From positions 1,308 through 65,307 of the forward strand of contig JAXDBM010000033.1 in assembly GCA_034678725.1 (NCBI GenBank): a DNA stretch of 64,000 nt, given 5' to 3'. This document shows positions 49,803 to 58,642 of this stretch, piece by piece. Made by a program: the position numbers and the translations under genes. Under the pieces are notes generated by a model that was given only the letters and a program-made list of their open reading frames with translations, made no database searches and was not told the DNA's origin. Numbering within the stretch: the first letter of the stretch is position 1; every line of letters begins with the position of its first letter. The DNA comes from Syntrophales bacterium (GTDB lineage: Bacteria; Desulfobacterota; Syntrophia; Syntrophales; Fen-1087).

Positions 49803-50291
49803 TCACGTGTCCGTATCGACAATCATGATCTCGGCCCGGGACACCCGGTTGTAGCGTCTGAGCCTGCCGACGTATTTGCAGAATTCCTTCAACAGGGACT
49901 TTTCCGTTTCGTCCGCGGAAGCCATGTTCTCAATCACTTCAAGGATGGCCACTTCCAGCGATTCGAGCGAGGTCCCGGAAGGAATAGCGATCAGATTCCG
50001 CCCCGGCGCAATTTCGACCAGACGGATCCATGGGATCCTGGACAGCAATGTATCGGATCCCACGATGAGGACCGAATTGTGCGGCGCCACCTTGACGACT
50101 TCAAAGGAACTACCCCTGGGATAAGCCTTTTGCGTAGCGATGTCGGTTACTTTCGCAATGGCCCGGGTCAAATCCTGATCCAAGGTTTCCAGCAATTGCA
50201 CGGTTTTCTCCGGCAGCGTCAATGTAATGACTCTGTTATCCTCCGATGCTTGCGCTTTCTTGTCACTGTTGTGCATTTTTTCGTTGTCCAT
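49803..50291 (-). CDS. Hypothetical protein, possible ribbon-helix-helix-like N-terminus
   Basis: Co-oriented ORF filling the gap; alternating strand VITLTLP followed by two helices. Confidence 0.55.
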   Translation of the reverse strand: MDNEKMHNSDKKAQASEDNRVITLTLPEKTVQLLETLDQDLTRAIAKVTDIATQKAYPRGSSFEVVKVAPHNSVLIVGSDTLLSRIPWIRLVEIAPGRNLIAIPSGTSLESLEVAILEVIENMASADETEKSLLKEFCKYVGRLRRYNRVSRAEIMIVDTDT

Positions 50292-50315
50292 TTCGATGCC
50301 CTTTCCTCAACCGGA

Positions 50316-51482
50316 TTAAAGCTGCCGGACCAGTGTTCGCTGAATCCGGTCGCTCGGTTGCGGACAGGCCCACCGGATCTGAAGCTTGTGCGCATCTTCC
50401 GTGAAAGTTCTGAGCTGGTCCGTGCTGAACGCATGCATATCGGCGCTTTCACCCTGCCGATCCCATTCCTTGTACCATTCGACCGTTTTGGCCAGCACCT
50501 CGGGGAGGGCGTAGACGGGATGCCAATCGAGCCGGACAGCGGCTTTTTCCCAGCTAAGGGTCAACCAGTGCGCCTCGTGCGGTTCATCGCCCCTGCTCAT
50601 ATCGCGCCACTCTCCGGAGCCCCAGAGCTGGATGACTTTTTTGACAATGTTTTGAACGCTGTCGCTCGCCAGGTCGATCGGGCCGAAATTCCAGGGCTCC
50701 GCAAACTTTGCGCCGTCAAGAAGGAGCCTGACGCCCAGCCACATATACCCGCTCAAAGGGGAAAAGACGCACTGCCACGGCCGGGTCGCTCTGGGGCTGC
50801 GAATGTCTATGGATCTGCCCTCCGTCAAGGCTCGGATGGCATCCGGCAGCAGACGGTCTCTCGCCCAATCGCCGCCTCCCACCACGTTTCCCGCTCTGAC
50901 CGAAGCGACGGCCACCGCATTTTCGCCGCGATCTCCCCAGGGAAAGAAGGCGTCGCGATAAGCCTCGATAGCGATTTCAGCCATTGCCTTGCTGGCACTG
51001 TATGGATCTCCGCCGCCGAGCGCGTCGTTCTCCCGGTATCCCCAGATCCACTCGTTGTTCCGGTAGCATTTGTCGCTGGTGATGAAAACGGCCGCTTTGA
51101 CCGCAGTGGTCATCCGGATCGCCTCCAGCATGTTGATCGTTCCCCAGGAATTGATGATGAATGTGTCCCGGGGATTCTCGTAGGACTCCCGCACGATCGG
51201 CTGCGCGGCCATGTGAAAGACGATTTTGGGTTGAAATTCTTTCAAGACGCTTACGAGTTTATCCAGGTCCCGAATGTCTGCCCGAATGTCCACCATGCGG
51301 TCCTTCATCCCGGACATGTCGAAGTGATTCGGCCGGGTCGGCGGATCGAGGCTGTAGCCGATTACGCGGGCGCCCAGAAGATGCAGCCACATGCTGAGCC
51401 AGGTTCCCTTGAAACCCGTGTGCCCCGTTACGAGGACCGGCATGTCCTTGTAGATGCCGGCAAATGTTTCCTGAATGTCCAT
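50316..51482 (-). CDS. rfbG: CDP-glucose 4,6-dehydratase
   Basis: VTGHTGFKGTWL, AAQPIVRESY, TSDKCY, DPYSASK, RAGNVVGGGDW, WNFGP. Confidence 0.93.
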   Translation of the reverse strand: MDIQETFAGIYKDMPVLVTGHTGFKGTWLSMWLHLLGARVIGYSLDPPTRPNHFDMSGMKDRMVDIRADIRDLDKLVSVLKEFQPKIVFHMAAQPIVRESYENPRDTFIINSWGTINMLEAIRMTTAVKAAVFITSDKCYRNNEWIWGYRENDALGGGDPYSASKAMAEIAIEAYRDAFFPWGDRGENAVAVASVRAGNVVGGGDWARDRLLPDAIRALTEGRSIDIRSPRATRPWQCVFSPLSGYMWLGVRLLLDGAKFAEPWNFGPIDLASDSVQNIVKKVIQLWGSGEWRDMSRGDEPHEAHWLTLSWEKAAVRLDWHPVYALPEVLAKTVEWYKEWDRQGESADMHAFSTDQLRTFTEDAHKLQIRWACPQPSDRIQRTLVRQL

Positions 51483-51531
51483 GCGATCATCCTTTCGTTC
51501 CAGCGGAGCCGATCATTAAAAAATCGGCCAC

Positions 51532-51560
51532 ACTGTATGGTCTTTTCAGCCGCTTGTCAA
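51532..51560 (-). promoter_or_regulatory. sigma70-type promoter of rfbG
   Basis: TTGACA-N17-TACAGT. Confidence 0.55.
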
Positions 51561-51627
51561 ACTTTCAAAGGATTGGAAAATGCTTTTATTTTGAGGCAAT
51601 GTTGAATACCGGCAATTTTCCCTGCCG

Positions 51628-52050
51628 TCAGGACAACTGCCCCTGCACGGGAAACGGGACCGTATCGGTTGCGTCGTAGGGGTCCGGCAAGAGCTCCAGG
51701 GCCTGGGCGTAGCCCTTTGAACGGTAGCTGTGGGCAACGCCTGGGGCCAGTGTGATGCGGTCTCCGTCCCGGACGATCAGGATCGCCCGTTCCGACGTTT
51801 CCCTGTCCACAGCGGTGACCTCGATCTCGCCGGTCAGCACGTAGCAGACCTCGGTCTTGATCCTGTGGTAGTGGCTGCCCCTCGTCTGTCCGCTCCGGGG
51901 CGAATCGAGGTCCCAGTAGACCAGATGCCGAACGGCGGCGGTTCCGTTGACGATCTGGGCCAGCTCGCCCTTGGGCGAAAATACCCGCCGCTCGGCCTCG
52001 TCCGGTCCGCCGATGGGGAGCGAAACGATTCGGATCTTGTCCTTCAGCAT
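51628..52050 (-). CDS. Cupin-domain protein (sugar isomerase/epimerase-like)
   Basis: RGSHYH...E...V..G and PGVAH cupin motifs; AGGAG SD before ATG 52050. Confidence 0.78.
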   Translation of the reverse strand: MLKDKIRIVSLPIGGPDEAERRVFSPKGELAQIVNGTAAVRHLVYWDLDSPRSGQTRGSHYHRIKTEVCYVLTGEIEVTAVDRETSERAILIVRDGDRITLAPGVAHSYRSKGYAQALELLPDPYDATDTVPFPVQGQLS

Positions 52051-52096
52051 ACCGGCTCCTGTTGAACGTTGACAAGCGTGGCTCCCGCGAGCGATC

Positions 52097-53476
52097 TCAT
52101 TGGCTGATCCACACATCCGGGAAAAAGTCCGCGCGGCCGTTTCGAGTGATCTGCTGCCAGGCTTCGACGGTCCTGTAATTGGCGTCGAAGCGGCCGATGT
52201 AGACTTCCACCTCGGCTCCCCCTCCGGTTATGCGGTTCGATTTCGTCCCGACCTTGTAGGGCCCGGTCATGGCCATGATCCGCGGATGGCTGCCCCAGCG
52301 GGGATGATAGACCTCGTAGCCTCCGATGCCCGGCGCCAGGCTGACATTGATCGTGCGCTCCTGGCCCCCCGTGGCGTTCGTGATGCGCAGGGTGCGGTGG
52401 TCCTCGCCGAAAATCCAGAACGTGTAGGTGTTGTCCTGAGAAAGCCCCGTCCAGCATCCGCTTCCCAGCTTTGTCCAGGACTGGTTCGGCAGTTGGGCGA
52501 TGCCGCCGGCGGGCCAGGGGAAAAGACCTCCCGCCATGCGGCCATCCGCGGAAACCTGAAAACTGTGCACGCTCACGGGGGTTTTGTTCCAGATCAACTC
52601 CGGCGTCCCGGGACTGTCCAGCAGCGTCCGGTAAACCGCCGAACAGTATTCGTCTCCGTTATTCCCCTCCATTGCGCCGTAGTAGAGCCACTCCCGGCCG
52701 TCGGCGGGATTCCGCCAGAGTGCCAGTGCAAATCCCCCCAGTACCGCTCGCTGCCCCGAACCGTCCCAGTTTACCACGAAAACCTTCTTCTGCGCCCGGT
52801 CCGAATACACCACCCGGTCCCCCCTGGGCGTGATCAGGGGCTTCGAGTAATTCCCCGGCGTCCCCAGAATCGCCCGCTCGCCCTGGCCGTCGGATGTGTC
52901 CAGCCCCATGAGCCGCAGGCTGCCTCCCTGGGCAAAGACGTCCCGATTGTCGCCCACGTCCTGCACCCAGGCCACCCGCATGCGGGCGCCGCCCGGATCC
53001 GTCCGTGGTATGGCGGAGACTTCGGGGGACAGGCCGCTTTCGCCGGAGTCGTTTGCCGCTGTGACCGCATAGTAATAGGCGATCCCGTTGATCAGTCCCG
53101 CGTGAAGATAGGGATTCGAGGCATTGGCTATTTTTTTACTGGCCGCCTTGGAAATACCGGACGCCTCCGACCAGTAAAGATTATAGGATGATGCTCCGGT
53201 TACCGCTTTCCACTGAACCGTGATCTGGCCGCTGCCCGCCGCGGCTGTGAGGTCCGTTGGCGCGGCAGGGGCTCCGGTCGGAACCGACGTCGAACTGCCG
53301 GAAGACGATGCCGTGGATGCATTCCCGGACTGGCCACTTTCGGAGGCCGGTTTCGATTCGGTCGTCGTGGTCGTCGTTCCGCTCGGCGGTGTGGGCAATG
53401 TCGTGGTTTCCTCAGAAGAACAGGATACCGTGAACAGGATAAACACCAACAGCAATCCGTGGATCAATTTCCGCAT
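52097..53476 (-). CDS. Lipoprotein with Ser/Thr-rich linker, one Fn3 repeat and a TolB-like/propeller domain
   Basis: TVSC lipobox-like; YNLYW...YYYAVTAAN; domain nearly identical in part to 37216..38808. Confidence 0.8.
   Translation of the reverse strand: MRKLIHGLLLVFILFTVSCSSEETTTLPTPPSGTTTTTTESKPASESGQSGNASTASSSGSSTSVPTGAPAAPTDLTAAAGSGQITVQWKAVTGASSYNLYWSEASGISKAASKKIANASNPYLHAGLINGIAYYYAVTAANDSGESGLSPEVSAIPRTDPGGARMRVAWVQDVGDNRDVFAQGGSLRLMGLDTSDGQGERAILGTPGNYSKPLITPRGDRVVYSDRAQKKVFVVNWDGSGQRAVLGGFALALWRNPADGREWLYYGAMEGNNGDEYCSAVYRTLLDSPGTPELIWNKTPVSVHSFQVSADGRMAGGLFPWPAGGIAQLPNQSWTKLGSGCWTGLSQDNTYTFWIFGEDHRTLRITNATGGQERTINVSLAPGIGGYEVYHPRWGSHPRIMAMTGPYKVGTKSNRITGGGAEVEVYIGRFDANYRTVEAWQQITRNGRADFFPDVWISQ
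52491..52987. repeat. Direct repeat copy 2 (about 90% identical to 38081..38577)
   Basis: Ungapped alignment; exact core 52792-52861. Confidence 0.95.
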
Positions 53477-53804
53477 TTATTCTTCTCCTCAAAGGTTTTT
53501 ATCTTCATAGGCGGGGCGCTTCCAAAACGCGCCGGCGTTCGGGCAGCCGGGAATCAGGGTTGTAGACGCCTGCTGGATGAGGCCTTCACTTCTTAGAACG
53601 GAGGTCATCGATGCGATTCACCGCCAGAGGAATTTGCCGTGAAGACCACGGCGCGAGCGGCCGTTGTCCTGAAATTGCGGCAAGATGAAGCTCCAACCCG
53701 TTCATGGTTTACTACGGCAGTGATGCCCGGGCCCGGTCCTCCAATCCGGCTGATGCCGTCCGTGTCGCGGTATAGGATGAAACATCCGCCTCGGCGCGTG
53801 AGGC

Positions 53805-55466
53805 TTATGGATTCGGGGATAGGGCGTCGGCCGACCGGGTCGCGGGCGCGAGGCCGGGCTGCAGGGTTGCCGGCTGTACGCCCATGTCCGCGAACAGGTT
53901 CACCGTCGCCTGCTGCATCCGCCGGTCGGCTGCCGGACCGGGAATGTCGTGATACGCATCGAGCCCCCAGGACCATTGAATGGTGCCGGCGCCGAAAACG
54001 AGCGCGCCGCTGCCGTGGCGGTAAAGCGAAAGGCTGTGCGTCACGACACCCGTCGGGGAGTATGAGTATCCGCTTCGGATTTTGGCAGGATCGACAGCGA
54101 TCCTTGTCGTGGACAGTCGAATCAGGCCCGGTGGAAGGGCGCCATTGTCCCGCACCTCGTCCCACTCGAACCCCAGCACGCCCGCCGGCAATTGGGCGGT
54201 CTCTCCTGCCGCCAATTTGTCGATCCCCGTGTTGCGCCAGAACGGATACTTGCCCTCGCCGGCGGAAATTGTGATCGGGTCGTACCGGGGCGCGTCAACG
54301 GCATACCATTGCCCCGTCAGGGCGTTTTCGGGATTGACGTCACGCCACATGCCGGTCCACTCCGGGCTCGGGTCGATCTTTCCGCCCGACCAGTTCTCAT
54401 GATAGCAGACCAGGGTTCGATGGGGGGTGTTTGCACCGTCGATGCTGCTTTCCCAGCGCGTCTTCCAGTAGTACTCGTTCCCGGTGAAAAACCCGAGGTG
54501 CACACCCGCCGCCCGCGCCGCCTCGACGTTGGCGCGCTGCCCCGCCGACACGTACTCGTCGTGGCCGACGGACAGGAAAACCTTGTGGGAAAGAAGCGCG
54601 GCTCCCCGGCGATCCGTGTCCATGGCGGAGGCATAACTGATGTTGTATCCGTTGGCTTCGATCCAGCGGATCATCGGATACTCGGTGTTGAACAGATAGG
54701 TCTCCCGCTCGAAGAACTGCGACGTCGAACCGCGATTGATGAACGGGCGGTTGTAACTGACCTTGTACGCACGGGTCGCGTAGCCGCTGGTGCCGGTTCG
54801 GTAGAGGTTGCTGCCTCCGTACTGGTTGAACGCCTGCCAGGTCGCGTCGCCCGTCTGAAAAAGAATGTCGGATTTCCCTTCGTCGTCCCGCACGACGAAA
54901 ACGATGTGGCTGGCGCCGCCCGTGTCCGTACGGACCGGCCGGGCGATGTAAACGCCCGATACAGCGTCGGAGGGAACGGCCCAACTGGCGGAAACAGCCC
55001 AGTTTCCGCAGTCGACGAGCCTCGTGGACGCGTCGCTGACGCAGGCCGGCTGGTTCTGGGGAAGGCTGGCCGACGGCTCGATGGTGGCCACCTTCCGCGC
55101 GCCCAGGCCGCCGTAATAGCCGAGCCGGTAAATGTCGATGCGGTAAGCCGCTGCGTCGGTCTTGATCTTGAACGAAACCGTCTCACCATGGTTCACGCTG
55201 AAGTCCGTGGCGAACCCCTGGATGCTCGCATCTCCTGCTCCGCCGACCTCCCATTCGCCCGGCGGGTTTCCGGCCTTGCTGTTTTCCGCGCTGATGGCAT
55301 TGGGACCGCCCGCCGTCTCCTCGCCACCCCCGCCGTTTGTTCCTCCCCCGTTCCCCCCGCCTCCGCAGGAGAAAACGAAGGCGAAGACAAGCGCGAACAG
55401 GATGGCTGCCTGAAGCGCGCTTTTGAAACGATCAAGGATGACTGGCGCTGTTCCGGAGTGTTTCAT
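53805..55466 (-). CDS. Lipoprotein with N,N-dimethylformamidase beta-subunit-like (DUF6605-type) domain
   Basis: VFSC plus Gly-rich linker; IYRLGYYGG, SGVY, TWQAFN, VSYNRP, SVGHDEY, GAGTIQWSWGL. Confidence 0.78.
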   Translation of the reverse strand: MKHSGTAPVILDRFKSALQAAILFALVFAFVFSCGGGGNGGGTNGGGGEETAGGPNAISAENSKAGNPPGEWEVGGAGDASIQGFATDFSVNHGETVSFKIKTDAAAYRIDIYRLGYYGGLGARKVATIEPSASLPQNQPACVSDASTRLVDCGNWAVSASWAVPSDAVSGVYIARPVRTDTGGASHIVFVVRDDEGKSDILFQTGDATWQAFNQYGGSNLYRTGTSGYATRAYKVSYNRPFINRGSTSQFFERETYLFNTEYPMIRWIEANGYNISYASAMDTDRRGAALLSHKVFLSVGHDEYVSAGQRANVEAARAAGVHLGFFTGNEYYWKTRWESSIDGANTPHRTLVCYHENWSGGKIDPSPEWTGMWRDVNPENALTGQWYAVDAPRYDPITISAGEGKYPFWRNTGIDKLAAGETAQLPAGVLGFEWDEVRDNGALPPGLIRLSTTRIAVDPAKIRSGYSYSPTGVVTHSLSLYRHGSGALVFGAGTIQWSWGLDAYHDIPGPAADRRMQQATVNLFADMGVQPATLQPGLAPATRSADALSPNP

Positions 55467-55533
55467 GGTCGTTCTCCTGTTTGCTGTTGACTGCGACATT
55501 TGGAAGGAATTCCATCAGCCGGCGCTTTTAAAA

Positions 55534-55562
55534 ATTATATATGAACAGAACAGACACGGCAA
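55534..55562 (-). promoter_or_regulatory. sigma70-type promoter of the DMFase-like lipoprotein
   Basis: TTGCCG-N17-TATAAT. Confidence 0.55.
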
Positions 55563-55587
55563 GTCCGTTCATGAAAGTCCGTTCATG

Positions 55588-56898
55588 TCACACGGGCGAC
55601 AGGAGGCCCTTCTCGAGGAGCGCCGAGGCGGCGTTCCGGATCGTCGCGAATTCGCATCCGGACCGTTCAGCGATGTCCAGCAGCGAATGGCGCCCGTCGC
55701 TGAGATTCAGGACCCACAGCAGGGACATCTGATCGAACCCCGTTTCCCGGTCGCCCCCGGTGAGCCGGTAGAGTCCCCTTCTGCCGAGCTGTGGCTCGCA
55801 TTTGGGGTTGCGGTTGAGATAGGTCCGGTTGTGCTCCAGAATGTCCAAAACCGCAAGATACTTCGCATAGGAATCGGCAAGAAATTCCGGCCGCACGAAG
55901 GCCAGATCGTCCGCTGATGTGTGATATTCGGGGTAGCGCCCGTGGGGCGTCCTCATGAGGCAGCCGACGGGCAGGTCGAATCCCGGCGAGCCGTACTGAC
56001 GCTCGTCGTACCCGTACGGGAAAAAATCCACGATTTCGTAATCCTGGCCGGAATGCCGTAAAACGTGGGCAACGGCCCGGTCGATTTCGGCATCCCCGTG
56101 GCGGCTCTTCTTGTAGGTGATTTTGCCCGGATCACCCGTGCAGGCCGCCACCAGACCGTGCCGGATTTTCGAAACCGCCGGTTCGTTGAGGCAGAGCCAG
56201 GTGATGGAGCCGATCGTCCCGGGAATGAAGAGGAACCGGTAGGAATAGCGCCGGCGACAATTTTCCAGATGCCTCGCCAGAAAGGCGGCCAGCGCGATGC
56301 TGGAGAGGTTGTCGTTGCAAAGCGAGGGATGGCAGGCATGGCAGGAGATGAGGACCTCGCTTTCCTCTTCCCCCTCGAGGAAGCACTCTCCATAGGTAAG
56401 GTGGCCGGGCTCCAGGGAACTGTCGATGCAGACCTCGTAGCGCTCGTCCCGCATTTTCAAAAGGTCGTTGTGGCTCAGGCAGAATCCCCATGTCTCCTGG
56501 TAGTAGGAAGTGCGGTAAGGGATCCAGTCCGGATGCTCCGGCAGGGTGAAGAGGTGCTTCTTCAGGTCTTCCAGCGACATCGTTGCCCGGACGGGGATGC
56601 TGTAACTGACCACGTGCAGGTTCGAGTTTTGAAAATCGATCACACGGTTTCCGGCGCCGTCCTTGACATAGGCGTCCCGAATGTTCCATTCCTTCGGCAC
56701 GGTCCAGTCGAATACGGGGGTTCCGGTCGGCACTTCGCGGATCTCCAGGGGGATGTGGCGGCGAATCAGTGAGAGGGTATCGCGGAACCCGTTGCCGGTG
56801 ATGCTTCGGCAAATCGGATACATCTGCTCGATGAAGTCATGCATTTCCCGGCCGATGCCGGCGCCGTTTGCCTTTTTTGCTTCCGGAGTGATGTTCAA
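55588..56898 (-). CDS. DUF4910/DUF2172 aminopeptidase-like polysaccharide-locus protein
   Basis: PICRSITGNG, FDWTVPKEWNI, IPYRTSYY, CHPSLCNDNLS, YDERQY, YHTSADD, EPQLGRRGLY; TTG 56898 after AGGAGG. Confidence 0.88.
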   Translation of the reverse strand: MNITPEAKKANGAGIGREMHDFIEQMYPICRSITGNGFRDTLSLIRRHIPLEIREVPTGTPVFDWTVPKEWNIRDAYVKDGAGNRVIDFQNSNLHVVSYSIPVRATMSLEDLKKHLFTLPEHPDWIPYRTSYYQETWGFCLSHNDLLKMRDERYEVCIDSSLEPGHLTYGECFLEGEEESEVLISCHACHPSLCNDNLSSIALAAFLARHLENCRRRYSYRFLFIPGTIGSITWLCLNEPAVSKIRHGLVAACTGDPGKITYKKSRHGDAEIDRAVAHVLRHSGQDYEIVDFFPYGYDERQYGSPGFDLPVGCLMRTPHGRYPEYHTSADDLAFVRPEFLADSYAKYLAVLDILEHNRTYLNRNPKCEPQLGRRGLYRLTGGDRETGFDQMSLLWVLNLSDGRHSLLDIAERSGCEFATIRNAASALLEKGLLSPV

Positions 56899-56902
56899 CG
56901 GA

Positions 56903-57451
56903 TCAGCCTCCTGATTTCGATTGCGGGTAATCCGGCCATTCCCGGTCGCGTTCCGACAGGATCGCCCGGCCTGCGTCCGGCCAGCGAATCCCGAAGGCCG
57001 GGTCGTTCCACCGGACGCCGCGCGCGGACTCGGGGTGGTAGAATTCGGACATCTGGTAGATGGCTTCCGTATTGTCGGCCAGAGTCTGAAAGCCGTGTGC
57101 GAAGCCCTTGGGGACATAGAGCATTCGGCGGTTGTCTTCCGTCAGTTCAAGGGCTTCCCACTGCCTGAAGGTCGGCGAGTCCTCGCGCAGATCGATGATC
57201 ACGTCGTACAGCTCGCCTCGGCTGCAGCGAATCAACTTGTCCTCGGCATGGGGCGCATCCTGGTAGTGCATTCCGCGCAGCGTGCCGGCTTTCCGGTTGA
57301 AGGAGATACTGCACTGGACCACGTCGGGGTTCAGCCCGTGCGCGAGAAACTCCCGGCGGCAGAAAATGCGGCCGAAGAACCCCCGCTCGTCCTCCAGGCG
57401 CTGCACCTCGATGACGAACGCCCCTGGCAGTGTAATTTCCCTGAATATCAT
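56903..57451 (-). CDS. rfbC: NDP-4-keto-6-deoxyglucose 3,5-epimerase (RmlC/RfbC)
   Basis: DERGFF, GTLRGMHYQ, YVPKGFAHGFQTL, WNDP. Confidence 0.92.
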   Translation of the reverse strand: MIFREITLPGAFVIEVQRLEDERGFFGRIFCRREFLAHGLNPDVVQCSISFNRKAGTLRGMHYQDAPHAEDKLIRCSRGELYDVIIDLREDSPTFRQWEALELTEDNRRMLYVPKGFAHGFQTLADNTEAIYQMSEFYHPESARGVRWNDPAFGIRWPDAGRAILSERDREWPDYPQSKSGG

Positions 57452-57547
57452 CTCACTCGCCCTCTCATCCCCGGATTTTCACGCGCGGCGGTGATTCCGG
57501 GCTGAAATTCCATATCGCGATCTGTGTGCTTGCTCTCGCCGCATGCC

Positions 57548-58597
57548 TCAATCCGGCTGGGGATAGCCGGAAAGCTTCGCGCGTTCCGGAGTTCCCCCCA
57601 TGAGCACGGCCAGACCGCCCATCAGGACAAAGATCAGGCTGAAGCCGAGAAAGAAGGTCGACAGGATCAGCGAGCTTTCCGGCGCCACCTGGTAGTATTT
57701 GCCGAGCAGATAAATGATGCTGATGTCCCTCACGCCCATTCCCATGAGGGAAACCGGCAGCATTTGGACGAGATTGACCACCCCGAGGAGCCACACGGAA
57801 ACCTGGAAGGGGAGATGAATCCCCACCATGACCATCAGCAGGTAGGTGAACAGGATCAGAAGAAGGTGATACAGGACGGACAGGACCACGGTCCACAGCA
57901 TCACGCCCGGATCGATGCGGGTGCAGGCGATCACGGAATCCCAGAGCCTGCCGTTGAGCCGGTCCAGTTTATTCCTCCATGCCGGCAGCGGGGTTCTCAG
58001 CAGGATCGCCCGCATAACGCGTTTCGCCGCGGTTGCGGCTCGAAAGGACACGAAAGGGATGAACATCAACAGGAACAGAATTGCCGGAAAAGTCGTGTAC
58101 ATCCTCAGGTTGAGGTCAAGCATCCTCTCCTCGAAGATGAGTCCGGCGGCGGTGAAGGCGATCAGCGTGATGATGCTCAGCATCCGGAGAAAGATGATGA
58201 CGGAGGCGGAGGCGGCCTTTTCCCCGGACTTGTCCGCAATCATGTACCAGGTGATCACGCCGCCGGCGAGGTCGCCCGGCAGGACCAGTCCATAGAAGGA
58301 AGAGATCAATTGGGCCTTGAAGACGAAGGCGGTCCCGAGCCTGCTTGCAAAGACCTTTTTGAAGTAATAGTGGATCTGGTACGCGCTCAGGTATCTGCCT
58401 GCCAGCGAGAGGACCAGCAGGTAGACAAACAGGTCGGGCCGCACGTATTTGAGTGCGGCCAATAAATCTTCGTACCGGATGTACCTGGAAAAGATGTAGT
58501 AGAAGATCGCGCCGCTGACGGCCAGCTTGACCGCGTTCAGGAGCCGCCGGCGCCGTCTTGATTGTTGAACGTCCAATCGGCCGCTATCCGCCGTCAT
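57548..58597 (-). CDS. Lysylphosphatidylglycerol-synthase-TM (UPF0104, flippase-like) membrane protein
   Basis: Multiple TM helices, FYGLVLPGDLAG, LPVSLMGMGVRD. Confidence 0.78.
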   Translation of the reverse strand: MTADSGRLDVQQSRRRRRLLNAVKLAVSGAIFYYIFSRYIRYEDLLAALKYVRPDLFVYLLVLSLAGRYLSAYQIHYYFKKVFASRLGTAFVFKAQLISSFYGLVLPGDLAGGVITWYMIADKSGEKAASASVIIFLRMLSIITLIAFTAAGLIFEERMLDLNLRMYTTFPAILFLLMFIPFVSFRAATAAKRVMRAILLRTPLPAWRNKLDRLNGRLWDSVIACTRIDPGVMLWTVVLSVLYHLLLILFTYLLMVMVGIHLPFQVSVWLLGVVNLVQMLPVSLMGMGVRDISIIYLLGKYYQVAPESSLILSTFFLGFSLIFVLMGGLAVLMGGTPERAKLSGYPQPD

Positions 58598-58642
58598 GAT
58601 CGTCGACAGGGGCCTTCAGCCGAAGCGGCGCACGGAAGCGCT

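Noticed and set aside
53477-53804. 328-bp gap checked for a c-di-GMP riboswitch or small gene
   Set aside because: No recognisable consensus; overlapping ORFs look like noise.
56899-57117. N-terminal extension of the DUF4910 ORF
   Set aside because: Overlaps rfbC; AGGAGG points to TTG 56898.
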